Shown piece by piece: positions 1 to 10,414 of a stretch of DNA of 64,000 nt. The position numbers were made by a program, and so were the translations under genes. The notes under the pieces are model-generated. The model was not told the origin of the DNA and did not search any database. It saw nothing but the letters and a program-made list of their open reading frames with translations. Source of the DNA: Methanomassiliicoccaceae archaeon (GTDB lineage: Archaea > Thermoplasmatota > Thermoplasmata > Methanomassiliicoccales > UBA472); assembly GCA_963751645.1 (NCBI GenBank), contig CAVVVD010000008.1:85914-149913 (forward strand), written 5' to 3'. The stretch's first letter is position 1; every line of letters begins with the position of its first letter.

Positions 1-1902
1 TTAATGAGACCGTTGCGTGGGCTCAGGCTTTGGCTCTGCACCGATCATGTCATCGTCTGCGGCATGGGAAGGATCGGGTCCCATTTCGCGAGAGCTATGA
101 GCGAGGACGGCCAGGTCGTGGTCGTTGACAAAGGCCATGTCATCACGCTGGACGATGAGGCGATGAGAGGCAATATCATACAGGTCCATGGTAACGCCAC
201 TGACGAAAAGGTCCTGCGAAGGGCTGGTATCAAACGAGCCATGTACGTGATCACCGCACTAGAGGATGATAGCGCCAATGGCGAGATCGCGGTACAAGCA
301 CGCCGCATTGTCAAGGACCAGACCCGCGAAACCCTCACCTGCTTTGTCCATGTTCAGGATCAGAACCTCTGCGAGGTCCTGCGGGTAAACGAATACAACT
401 CAGATAACCCATCGATAAGGTTGGAGTTCTATAATGTCATTGAGAACGGTGTTAGGACCATCCTCAGTGAGTTCCCGGCATTCCAGGAAGGCAGCTTGCA
501 AAAGGACGGACCGATAAGGATGGTGGTCATCGGACTCGATGACGTCGGGAGTGAGCTGGTGCTCAGGGCTGCGAAGAGGTGGTGGCCTCGATACCAAGCC
601 ACTGAGGAACGTCTTCAGATGGTGCTGGTGGACTCCGATGTGAGTGCGGCCTTAGAGTTCATGTGCGCGCGCCATCCCAACCTGAGGCGCGCTTGCACCT
701 TCGAGCCTATCGCCATGGATGTCAAGAAGCTCAAGGTAGCCAATGATGAGGAGTTAGGGTGGTTAATCTCCGACAATCCATCTTGCATCTATATCTGCGC
801 CCCAAACGACAGCGAAGGGTTATCCCTGGCCTTCATCCTGCGCAAGAAGTTGGGTGATGAAGGAGCGCCGATAGTGGTCCGCATGAACTCGGACTCGGAG
901 CTAGCGGAGTTGCTGGGGAATGAGGGGAGGAACGCTGGATGGGACGATGTTTATCCGTTCGGCTTCTGGGACCGTACTTGCACCAAGGCCTTGATCCAAT
1001 ATGGAAGCCGGGAGGTGATGGGTCAGGCCATCCATGAGGAATATTGCCTGGAGCAGCAGGCTAGAGACATTCCGACCGATGCCTCCTATAGGTCATGGGA
1101 CGAGCTGAGCGAGGAACTGAGGCAATCGAACCGCTCTCAGGCGGACCACATCATTGTCAAGGCGAGGGCCATAGGTTGTAGAATAGAGACGCTCACGGAT
1201 TGGGGCTATGATCATAGTGCCCTAACCCCGTACGAGGTCCATAAGCTATCCAGGATGGAGCATGACCGGTGGTGCAAAGAGAAGCTCAGAAAGGGATGGC
1301 GCTATGGAAAGGTCCGGGACGATGCCCATAAGGTACACGACGACCTGTGTCCCTGGAAGGAGCTTTCTGACGAGGCCAAGTACAAGGACATCGCCACCGT
1401 CAAGAAAATTCCGAGGACTCTGGCCCGGGTGGACCTGAGGCTAGTGCACCAGAACATGATGTTACAGGTAGCCAAGGCCTTGTTGATGGAAAATATAAGG
1501 CGGTCGGAGAAAAGGAAAGACGGCGATCAACACATTTCCTTAGCTTGGAATGAGATTGACGAAGTTAAAAAAGCACTATTCCTGGATGAGGCAAGGGAGA
1601 TCATTAATTGCTGTGAGGGCATAGAATGCGGGATCTCCGGCCGTGGGTCGGTGGAGGAGGAGCTTGGAGCCTTGAACCCGAATGAGGTCGAGCTCGTAAA
1701 CGGGAGATTCAGTGCAAACATGGCCAAGAAAGGCAGGGAGGGTCTCGCGGGGGACGCCTCCACATGGCCCATGATTCTTTCCATAATGGACCTGGCGATA
1801 TTCCGTTATGAGGATGCGAGGAAACTAATGGAAGGGGATAGGGAGGCGATGATGATGGCCTTCACTGCAAGCGAGTTGCAGGGGCCGTTCCTCCCAAGGT
1901 GA
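1..1902 (+). CDS. RCK/TrkA_N Rossmann + tandem RyR-domain protein, copy 1 (5' end off-window)
   Basis: The ORF is open to the window edge. It has a GxGxxG Rossmann motif 'VIVCGMGRIGSHF' and a second Rossmann-like 'MVVIGLDDVGSEL'. Two RyR-type repeats follow ('HEEYCLEQQAR..WDELSEELRQSNRSQADHI' and 'MEHDRWCKEKLRKGWRYGKVRDDAHKVHDDLCPWKELSDEAKYKD'). It aligns from about residue 100 of the downstream paralog, so the TM N-terminus probably lies upstream of the window. Confidence 0.8.
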   Translation, partial: LMRPLRGLRLWLCTDHVIVCGMGRIGSHFARAMSEDGQVVVVDKGHVITLDDEAMRGNIIQVHGNATDEKVLRRAGIKRAMYVITALEDDSANGEIAVQARRIVKDQTRETLTCFVHVQDQNLCEVLRVNEYNSDNPSIRLEFYNVIENGVRTILSEFPAFQEGSLQKDGPIRMVVIGLDDVGSELVLRAAKRWWPRYQATEERLQMVLVDSDVSAALEFMCARHPNLRRACTFEPIAMDVKKLKVANDEELGWLISDNPSCIYICAPNDSEGLSLAFILRKKLGDEGAPIVVRMNSDSELAELLGNEGRNAGWDDVYPFGFWDRTCTKALIQYGSREVMGQAIHEEYCLEQQARDIPTDASYRSWDELSEELRQSNRSQADHIIVKARAIGCRIETLTDWGYDHSALTPYEVHKLSRMEHDRWCKEKLRKGWRYGKVRDDAHKVHDDLCPWKELSDEAKYKDIATVKKIPRTLARVDLRLVHQNMMLQVAKALLMENIRRSEKRKDGDQHISLAWNEIDEVKKALFLDEAREIINCCEGIECGISGRGSVEEELGALNPNEVELVNGRFSANMAKKGREGLAGDASTWPMILSIMDLAIFRYEDARKLMEGDREAMMMAFTASELQGPFLPR

Positions 1903-1935
1903 ACAAAGGCTGTAGGGCTTGCTGAAACTACCAGG

Positions 1936-2232
1936 TCACCGATCCTTTATGGTCTTCGGTCTGTAGAACAACATGATGAGGAAAAAAATGATGGCAACAT
2001 AGATGAGGGCGACGGGTTCAATTATATAAAATATTACTATAATAATTGATGCCACCAGACCGGCCACCAAGGCCTGTCGCACATCGTCCAAGGTCAGGAG
2101 GGCGGTGACTATGATCGCCAGGATCATGCTGGCAACGAACAATATCGTGTTGTCTGCAACGAAATCGAGGAGCAATGCCTCTGCGCCAGCGCCGGCCACC
2201 AAGATATACGAGATTTTTGTGAGGACGCCCAT
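1936..2232 (-). CDS. small integral membrane protein (about 3 TM helices), hypothetical
   Basis: This is a 98-aa ORF made almost entirely of hydrophobic helices ('ILFVASMILAIIVTALL', 'LVASIIIVIFYII', 'ALIYVAIIFFLIMLF'). It sits between the two RyR paralogs on the opposite strand. I recognise no family. Confidence 0.5.
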   Translation of the reverse strand: MGVLTKISYILVAGAGAEALLLDFVADNTILFVASMILAIIVTALLTLDDVRQALVAGLVASIIIVIFYIIEPVALIYVAIIFFLIMLFYRPKTIKDR

Positions 2233-2431
2233 CGACCGAACTATTGGTCTGTCGCTTAATATTAATCATTGGCTTGATCAAATCCAGAGGCGCCGACCAA
2301 GAGTTGTCTGTAACCTAAAATTATGTATGTCTCGGTAAAAATACTATAATCACGACGCCATATCGCACCTTCAGATAGAGAGGTCAGGAGTTGATGCCCT
2401 GAGGAAATGGTCGAGGAACATTCCACGGAAG

Positions 2432-4620
2432 GTGCTTTCCGTCGCGGGAGCTGTCTATGGTGATGTTGGCATCTACGTCTTTACTGTCGCCTGGGTATTC
2501 ACCGTAATACTCGGATACTGGGGATTCTATCAGTACTACCAATTGAGAGGAGTGACCGTATCCTCCTCGGACCTGTTATATGACACTCTCCAGCTCTTCT
2601 GGTTCAAAGGCGGGGAACTGGATTGGTCGAATGGCTATGTGTTGGCCCTCGACATCGCGCGCTGGGCTGCCATCATCGTTATCTATTGGGCGATGGTGCT
2701 GATATTGGCCAGGGCCTTCGTGGCGCCATTGCGCAAACTGAGGTTGTGGCTCTGCTCCGATCACGTCATAGTATGCGGCGCCGACAGGATCGGTTCCAGA
2801 TTTGCAAAGACCCTCAGCAAGGATTACCAGGTCGTGGTCGTTGTGTCGGACCAGAGCATCGGGTCCCTTGGCGGTCTAAGGGATTCCGGAGTTATTATTG
2901 TGGAAGGGAACGCCGAGGACGAGAAGGTGCTCCGGAGGGCGGGCATCGACCGGGCACGATTCATCATCCCATCAATGGGGGAGGACAGTGCCAACGCCGA
3001 GGTCGCTATCCAGGCCAGAAGGATGGTCGAAGGGCGATCACGCGATCCCCTTACATGCTTCCTCCATGTTATGGACCCCGAGCTCTGTGAGGTCCTCAGA
3101 GTCAACGAATACAATGCCGGGAACCCCTCGATGCGGCTTGAGTTCTACAACATCTTCGAGAACGGCGCCCGGACCATCTTGAACGAATTCCCAGCCTTCC
3201 AGGAAGGAAGCGTTGGGACACATCCATCGACGCGTATCCTTGTCATAGGTCTCGACGACGTCGGCCAAGGTCTGGTGGTCAGGGCTGTAAAAAGGTGGTG
3301 GTCTCATTATCAAGCGACGAATCAGCGGCTCTCCCTGGTTCTGGTGGATAAGGATGTCGACTCCGTGCTGAAGTCCGTGCGCGCGCGCTATCCCGACCTC
3401 GATAGCGCGTGCACCTTCGAGTGCATCGCCATGGATATTCATATGTTCAAGGTGGCCAAGGACGAAGAGCTCAATAGGCTGACCTCAACGCCTCCATCAT
3501 ACGTATACATCTGTGCTCCCGATGACAGTGATGGGCTCTCCCTGGCCCTCATGCTGCGCAGACGGTTGGGGAACGAGGGGGCGCCGATCGTTGTACGATT
3601 GAACGCAGACTCGAAACCAGCCGCCCTGCTCGGCGAGGAGGGTAGGAACGCCGGGCTGAGCAATGTCTACACATTCGGCTTCTGGGACCGTACTTGCACC
3701 AAGGCCTTGATCCAATATGGAAGCCGGGAGGTGATGGGTCAGGCCATCCATGAGGAGTATTGCCTGGAGCAGCAGGCCAGAGGCAGTCCCACCCAGGCCT
3801 CCAAGACGCCATGGGACGACCTGAGCGAGGAGCTGAGGGAGTCCAACCGTGCTCAGGCCGACCACATCATCGCCAAGGCAAAGGCCATCGGGTGCAGGAT
3901 CGACGCACTCACGGACTGGGCCTCTCACCCTTATTCGCTCACACCCTACGAGGTCCATAAGCTCTCCAGGTTGGAGCATGACAGATGGTGCCAGGAGAGG
4001 ACCAGGAAGGGATGGAGGTATGGAAATGTCACGGGACGATGCGATGAAGGTCCACGACGACCTTCGTCCTTGGGAAGAGCTATCCGCTGAAGCCAAGTAC
4101 AAGGACATCTCCACGGTGAAGAAGATCCCAGGGACACTGGCAAGGGTGGACCTCCGGCTCGCGAGGAAGGATATGACCCTTAGCATCGGCAAGGCTCTAT
4201 TGATGGACAAAATGAGTCGGGCCTCACGGCAAAAAGATGGCGACGTCGACGTCTCTTCCGTATGGAGGGGGATGCTGGATGTGGAGAGGACGCGGTACCT
4301 GGACGAGGCGAAGGCTATGATCGATTGCCTTGGGGAGATCGACTGTGGCATCTCCGGTCGAGGGATCGGTGGAGGAGGAGCTCGTCGTCTTAGGCCCAGC
4401 GGAAGCCGAGCGTGCGAACTTGAAATACCGTTCATTGATGGCTGATAAAGGTGAGGATGTCCTCGCGGGGGACGCCTCCACATGGCCCATGATTCTTTCC
4501 ATAATGGACCTGGCGATATTCCGTTATGAGGATGCGAGGAAACTAATGGAAGTGGATAGGGAGGCGATGATGATGGCCTTCGGCCCAGGCGAACTAGAGG
4601 AACCGTTCCTCCATCATTGA
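2432..4620 (+). pseudogene. 2-TM channel-like + RCK/TrkA_N + tandem RyR-domain protein, copy 2, with two +1 frameshifts
   Basis: The N-terminus has hydrophobic helices flanking 'LYDTLQLFWF', followed by 'VIVCGADRIGSRF'. The protein continues through three frames (ORFs 2432.., 3849.., 4330..). Alignment to copy 1 shows one extra 'a' at about 4031 and another at about 4365. The C-terminus 'GDASTWPMILSIMDLAIFRYEDARKLME' is nearly identical to copy 1. Confidence 0.8.
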
Positions 4621-4704
4621 ACAAGGGCGGCGTGACCCATGAGATCGGTCGACCTCATAAACATGATTGTCTAGCTCAACGCATGGAAGCAATTAATATC
4701 ACTT

Positions 4705-5710
4705 ATGAGCATTTTTCAATCTATGACGGAGGATCGTCACGTCTTCATCAGCCATGTCGAGGAGGATGCACCTCTAGCCCTCGCTCTCGCTGAGAGGTTA
4801 GAGAAAAAGGGCTATTCCACATGGTACTATGAGCGGGATACCTTGCCCGGCTTCTCGTACCTAGAACAGACCGGGAAGGCCGTGGAGAGATGCAAAGCCT
4901 TCCTTCTGATCATCTCCAAGGATTCATTGGGCTCCCATCAGGTAGACTTGGAACTGGAGAGGGCCCATGAGGAGTCGAAGACCATCATCCCCGTCCGTTA
5001 CCATGTCTCCCATCCCGAGTTCCAGAACAGGCGCCAGTTTGGAGGCAGATCATCGGTACCAGGACCTCCATCGAGGTCGATATGGGCAATGTCGACCTGG
5101 CATCGGACCGGATAGGAGAGGCTTTGAAGTTGATGGCCATTCCTGCCAACGCACCGCTTCCAGTGCAACCAACACCGGCGCCGGACCTTTCCCTACCCAA
5201 GTTCTGCCGGCAATGCGGTCGGCCGTACCAGCAGAGCGAGACCATCTGCGGGAAATGTGGGGATCGAGGAAGCCGATCGAATCGGCTAGGCACGTGGTCA
5301 AGGAGCATCTCGGATTGGTCGAGTACGATGAAGGTTATGTGGTGGACCCCAGTTCCAAGCTCATATGGCAGCGAGATGGTGATGACGTATTTTGTGATTA
5401 CGCGGATTCTGTAGCTAGATGCAGGAACATTCGGCTCGGAGGTTTCTCTGATTGGCGACTACCAACAAAAGAGGAGTTGACCCACCTGGCACGGTACGGA
5501 TATGCTGACCTCCAGAGAGTATTCCCGACCATTCAGAGGAGGAATTACTGGGCACTGACCTCTCCGGCAGAGGTGCCTTTCGCCCAGAACGCTCAGGACG
5601 ACGTCGGCCTCACTGTGGACCTCGATCCCAGCAATAGCAGCTTTGGGGACGTTGTGACATTTTTCAAGAGGTCGAGATACTGCGTAAAGGCGGTGCGAAG
5701 ATATCGCTGA
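4705..5710 (+). pseudogene. TIR domain - zinc ribbon - DUF1566 (Lcl-like) protein, with two -1 frameshifts
   Basis: The N-terminus 'HVFISHVEEDAPLALALAERLEKKGYSTWYYERD..AFLLIISKDSLGSHQVDLELERA' is TIR_2-like with a candidate catalytic Glu. The middle has 'CRQCGRPYQQSETICGKCG'. The C-terminus 'LIWQRDG..GFSDWRLPTKEELTHLA' is the DUF1566 signature. The frame changes at about 5035 and about 5270 (ORFs 4705.., 5082.., 4967..). Confidence 0.75.
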
Positions 5711-6025
5711 GGATCGGTCATCAGGTAACCCTTCCGATCACCCGGACCATATTGTGATGGGTTGCCCCTCATTCTTTCACCCTTGGGTCAATCTATATCT
5801 ATCATTGAGGGGAATCAAATCAAAGGGAGTGGTGCAGGGCAGCTTAGGCATGCGGCAATCAATCTCTTAGCCAGAGATGTCGAGGAACACGGAGGGGGGG
5901 AGATGTGGGCATTCATATGGGGATATCGTTCAAGGCAATTCGTGCATGACGCCAAGGAAACGGCTCGGATCGTGAGGGGTAGGAACCCTGCCCCCGATCA
6001 TCTGATAGGATTAGGTCCATCGAAT

Positions 6026-9000
6026 ATGAATGGGATATCCTCTGTGAAAGCCCTCGACAAATGTCAACGCGACAGTATACGCGACAATGTTCGATGCCGG
6101 AGGAGGGCTAGTCCCCTCCTCGTGTTAGTCATTTTCGTCACCTTATTGCTACTTTCTTCATGCTGGGCATACCGCTTCCACCGTCAATGCGGATAACTTG
6201 AACGATGCCTCGCCACCTATGGATGTCGAATATGCGGAGAATTATGATGGTTCTACCGATGAAACGGTCGGATCGGGAGCTGACATCCCTAGTTACCACG
6301 AGGCGATGCGCTTCTTCATCGAGAACAAAGGCCAGGTCGACGGTGAGGTCAAGTTCGTAGCGGTCACAGAGTTTGGGAAGGTGCTGTTCTACGACTCGAA
6401 GGTCCAGTACCTTCTTGAACGATATGAGGACAGGAATCTTACCGGCATGGACGTGATTACTCTGACCTTTCCATCATCTTCGATCGTTTCTCCTCAAGGG
6501 ATGGGGCTTCTACCGCACCATACCAACTATTTCGTCGGCGACCCAAGCGATTGGGTGACGGATGTGGGGAACTACCGCTCAATAATATACGAGGACCTAT
6601 GGCCTGGCATAGACCTCACATATAGGTTCAGCGAGAAGGGACTGAAGTACGAGTTCAAGGTCGACCCGTACGTCCTGGAACAGCGGATCGGCATCCGTGT
6701 CGAGGGGGCCGCCCTTCAAAGCGAACGCACTTACCTTACCTTCGCCACTGGCCATGGCTCCCTTGTGGACAGCGACCTCATTGCCTGGCAGGATTCGCCC
6801 GAGGAGATGCTCCCCGTGGCATTCGTCATCAAGGGCGATGTCATCACCTTTAAGACCGAGGGACGGGACCTTTCCAAAGGGCCTTCTGATTGATCCCTTG
6901 ATCTATTCCACCTTTTTTGGTGGCACCGGATATGACTTCAGCCAAGGCATCGCCGTTGACAGCGCTGGTAACATATACGTGACCGGTATAACCTCGTCCT
7001 CCGATTTCCCCACCAATGGTCCTTTGTATTCGGATATAGCAGGCGGGAGCGATGCTTTCGTCCTCAAGCTCAACGCTGCCGGGGACGATCTCATCTATTC
7101 GACCTTCATCGGGGGAAGTGGTGAAGATTATGGTCAGGACATCTCTGTGGACGATGGAGGAAATGCCTACATCTCAGGCTACACCACCTCCACCGACTTT
7201 CCGACCAATGTTCCGATAATATCGGACTTCGGTGGCGGTACATACGACGCTTTCGTCCTGAAGCTCAGTCCCTCTGGCAGCACTCTGGTCTATTCGACCT
7301 ACCTTGGGGGGGAAGCCGAAGACATCGGGAACAATATCGCCATAGATCCTTTGGGAAATGCCTACGTGACCGGTCACACCAATTCCACCGACTTCCCTTG
7401 TATCAACCCGCTCCAGACTGTGAACAGGGGTTTACAACGATGCTTTCATGCTCAAGGTCAACGTCGCCGGTACCGCCTTCATCTATTCGACGTACATCGG
7501 AGGAGGCGATAATGACTTTGGCATCGGCATCATGGCTGATAGTGACGGTAACGCCTATGTCACTGGATACACCTATTCCACCGACTTCCCAACGGTCAAT
7601 CCCATCCAACCCATCAACGCAGGGGTCTGCGACGTCTTCATCCTCAAGCTCAATTCCGCTGGCAGCGACCTGAACTACTCGACATACATAGGAGGGAGCG
7701 GGGAAGATAATGGCCATGGGATCGACATAGATGTCAGCGGCAACGCCTATGTCACCGGTTATACCGAATCCACCGACTTCATCACTACATTCGGTACGAT
7801 ACAGAGGACAAAAGCTGGTGGGGGGGACTCGTTCGTTCTGAAGATAAACCCGCTGGGGAATGGACGGGTCTATTCCACCTTCCTTGGGGGTGGGGGTGAT
7901 GAAATTGCCATCGGCATCGCAGTGGACGGGATAGGCAACGCCTATGTCACCGGTTATACCGAATCCACAGACTTCCATACCTCCCATCCATTCCAGGCCA
8001 TCAACTCCGGGGAATATGACGCATTCCTGTCGAAGATAAATGTGGCAGGTAACGTTCTATTGCTCTCGACCTACTTCGGCGGAGAATATAACGATGCTGC
8101 GTATAGTATCGCGCTGGATGCTCGAGGTGGGGTACTTGTCGCCGGAGGGACCTATTCCATTGATTTCCCCACCTTGAATGCTTTCCAACCCGATTACTCG
8201 GGCGATTGTGACGCTTTCATCCTCAAGTTCGATGAGGAGGGGAGCGGTCTACATTATGCGACATATGTGGGAGGGGGTGGGGATGATGAGGGACAAGCCA
8301 TTTCCCTTGACGCGATCGGCAACGTCTACGTCACCGGTTACACCTACTCCACCGATTTCCCTACCTCTGCTGGGTCTTTTCAGGATACCTTTGCCGGGGA
8401 GAGGGACGTCTTCGTCCTCAAGCTCAACGCTGATGGCAGTTCCCTCATCTACTCCACGTATATAGGAGGGGAATGGGATGAGAACGGCATCGATATCGCG
8501 GTCGATGATCTTGGCAATGCATATGTGACCGGTTATACCAATTCAACCGACTTCCCTGTATCTAACCCGCTGCAGGCTGCGAACAGGGGCTACTACGATG
8601 CCTTCGTGCTCAAGCTCAACCCATCAGGCAACGGGCTTCTCTATTCGACTTACGTGGGAGGTTTGGACTCTGATGCCGCCTATAGCATCGACTTCGATGA
8701 GGATGGCAACGTCTTTGTCACCGGTTACACCTATTCCAGAGACTTCCCCATCGTCCTTCCATCACTCCAAACGATCTATGCTGGTGAGGGGGATGCCTTC
8801 GTTCTTAAGGTCGATCCCACTGGTAACAGTCTTGTCTACTCAACGTTCATAGGGGGAAAGGGGGACGATGTCGGCAGCAGCATCGCCGTGGATGCGATGG
8901 GAAACGCTTACATCGCTGGCTACACCAATTCCACCGACTTCCCGATCGCCAATCCGCTCCAGGCACTGTACGGAGGTGCATATGATGCTATCATCCTCAA

Positions 9001-10414
9001 GCTCAATCCCACTGGTACCGCCCTGATCTACTCGACCTTCATAGGAGGAGGCTTGGACGATATGGGCATCGATATCGCGATCGATGATATTGGTAACGCA
9101 TATGTGACCGGTTATACCAATTCCACCGACTTCCCCACCTCTGACCCGTTCCAAGCGGTGAAAGGGAGCATGTTCGATGCCTTCGTCCTCAAACTGAATG
9201 CAATTGGCAGCACGCTCATCTATTCGACGTTTTTGGGGGGGAGCGAGGATGATATCGGATACAGCATAGCCATCGATGAAAGTGGTAACATCTATGTCAC
9301 TGGCTACACCTTTTCCGTCGACTTCCCCACGGCCACACCGCTGCAACCTGAGACCGGGGGGGATTACGATGCCTTCGTCCTCAAACTAAATGCAGCTGGC
9401 AGCATGCTCATCTACTCGACATATCTGGGAGGGAGCGACTCAGATTTCGGTCTAGGGATCGCATTGGGCGTTGACGGTTATACATACATCACAGGTAGCA
9501 CCTATTCCATCGATTTCCCTACAACCATTCCGCTTCAATCGATGAATGGGGGTTACTATGATGCCTTCATCCTCAAGCTTGGGTCGTTCAACGTTCCTTC
9601 GGTACCGCTCGACCCTACCGCCATCCCTGGCGATGGAACGGTCATCCTCAATTGGTCCGTGCCAACGAACAATGGAGGCTATCCCATCGATTATTACATC
9701 GTTTACCGGGATGGAAATGACGTAGGCCATCCCGGAGGAACATCGATCACATTCACTGGTCTGACGAATGGTGTGACCTACGCTTTCTCCGTGGCAGCGC
9801 ACAATTCCCTTGGTTCGGTCCCTTCACTCCCACCATCTCGGCCACCCCTTCGGTCCAAGCGGTCCTCCCAGGCCTCCCGATCGACCTCATCCGTCACCGC
9901 TGGGGATGGCATGGTCACATTAAGCTGGAGTGCCCCTACTAGTGGAGGAGGTGGGATCGATTACTACATCGTATTCAGCAACGGGGAGGATGTCAAGCAC
10001 TCGACCTCGTTGAGCTGCGAGGTGGACGGTCTGACCAATGGTGTTGAGTACTCCTTCACGGTCGCCGCACACAATGTCGCCGGGACCGGTCCCGGGACAG
10101 CGGTCGAGCAAGCCACGCCAAAGGCAAGCTCCTCAGATGGTTCTGGGGGATTCGACATGATGATAATCCTGGGTGTGGTCGTGGCCATTGCCGCCGCTGT
10201 TCTCGTGTTTGTTTTCGTGGTCAAGGGGAGGAGGTCGAAGGCATCGATGCCCTCTAAACCAGCTGAACCGATGCCGCCCATACCACCGATGACATCGACG
10301 CCCCCACCGCTCCCCCCTATCCAACCAACCGTTGAAACGATAAGATACTGCCCTTGGTGCGGGCAGAAAACAGGCGAGGAGTTCTGTGGCAATTGTGGCA
10401 GGAGGGTAGAATGA
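6026..10414 (+). pseudogene. giant surface protein with signal anchor, SBBP beta-propeller repeats, 2 FN3 domains, TM, Pro-rich tail and C-terminal zinc ribbon (frameshifted)
   Basis: An ATG at 6026 leads into 'RRRASPLLVLVIFVTLLLLSS'. Next comes 'FIENKGQVDGEVKF..NYFVGDPSDW' (the N-domain typical of SBBP proteins). More than 20 copies of the unit 'YSTYxGGxxxDxGxxIAxDxxGNAYVTGYTxSTDFPT..DAFVLKLN' follow. There are two FN3 domains ('DYYIVYRDG', 'DYYIVFSNG'), a TM helix 'ILGVVVAIAAAVLVFVFVV', and the end 'YCPWCGQKTGEEFCGNCG'. The frame changes at about 6160, about 6885 and about 7437. Confidence 0.8.

Noticed and set aside
5762-6196. The 144-aa track ORF treated as an independent gene.
   Set aside because: Only its last ~55 codons look meaningful (from the ATG at 6026, with the signal anchor 'LLVLVIFVTLLLLSS'). 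They flow, after a 1-nt shift, into the surface-protein N-domain. The upstream part has no features.
6900-9600. Highly periodic sequence that could be mistaken for a DNA tandem-repeat or CRISPR-like array.
   Set aside because: The periodicity is at the protein level (about 55-60-aa SBBP propeller units) and the nucleotide sequence is divergent. There are no short identical repeats with unique spacers anywhere in the window and no cas genes.
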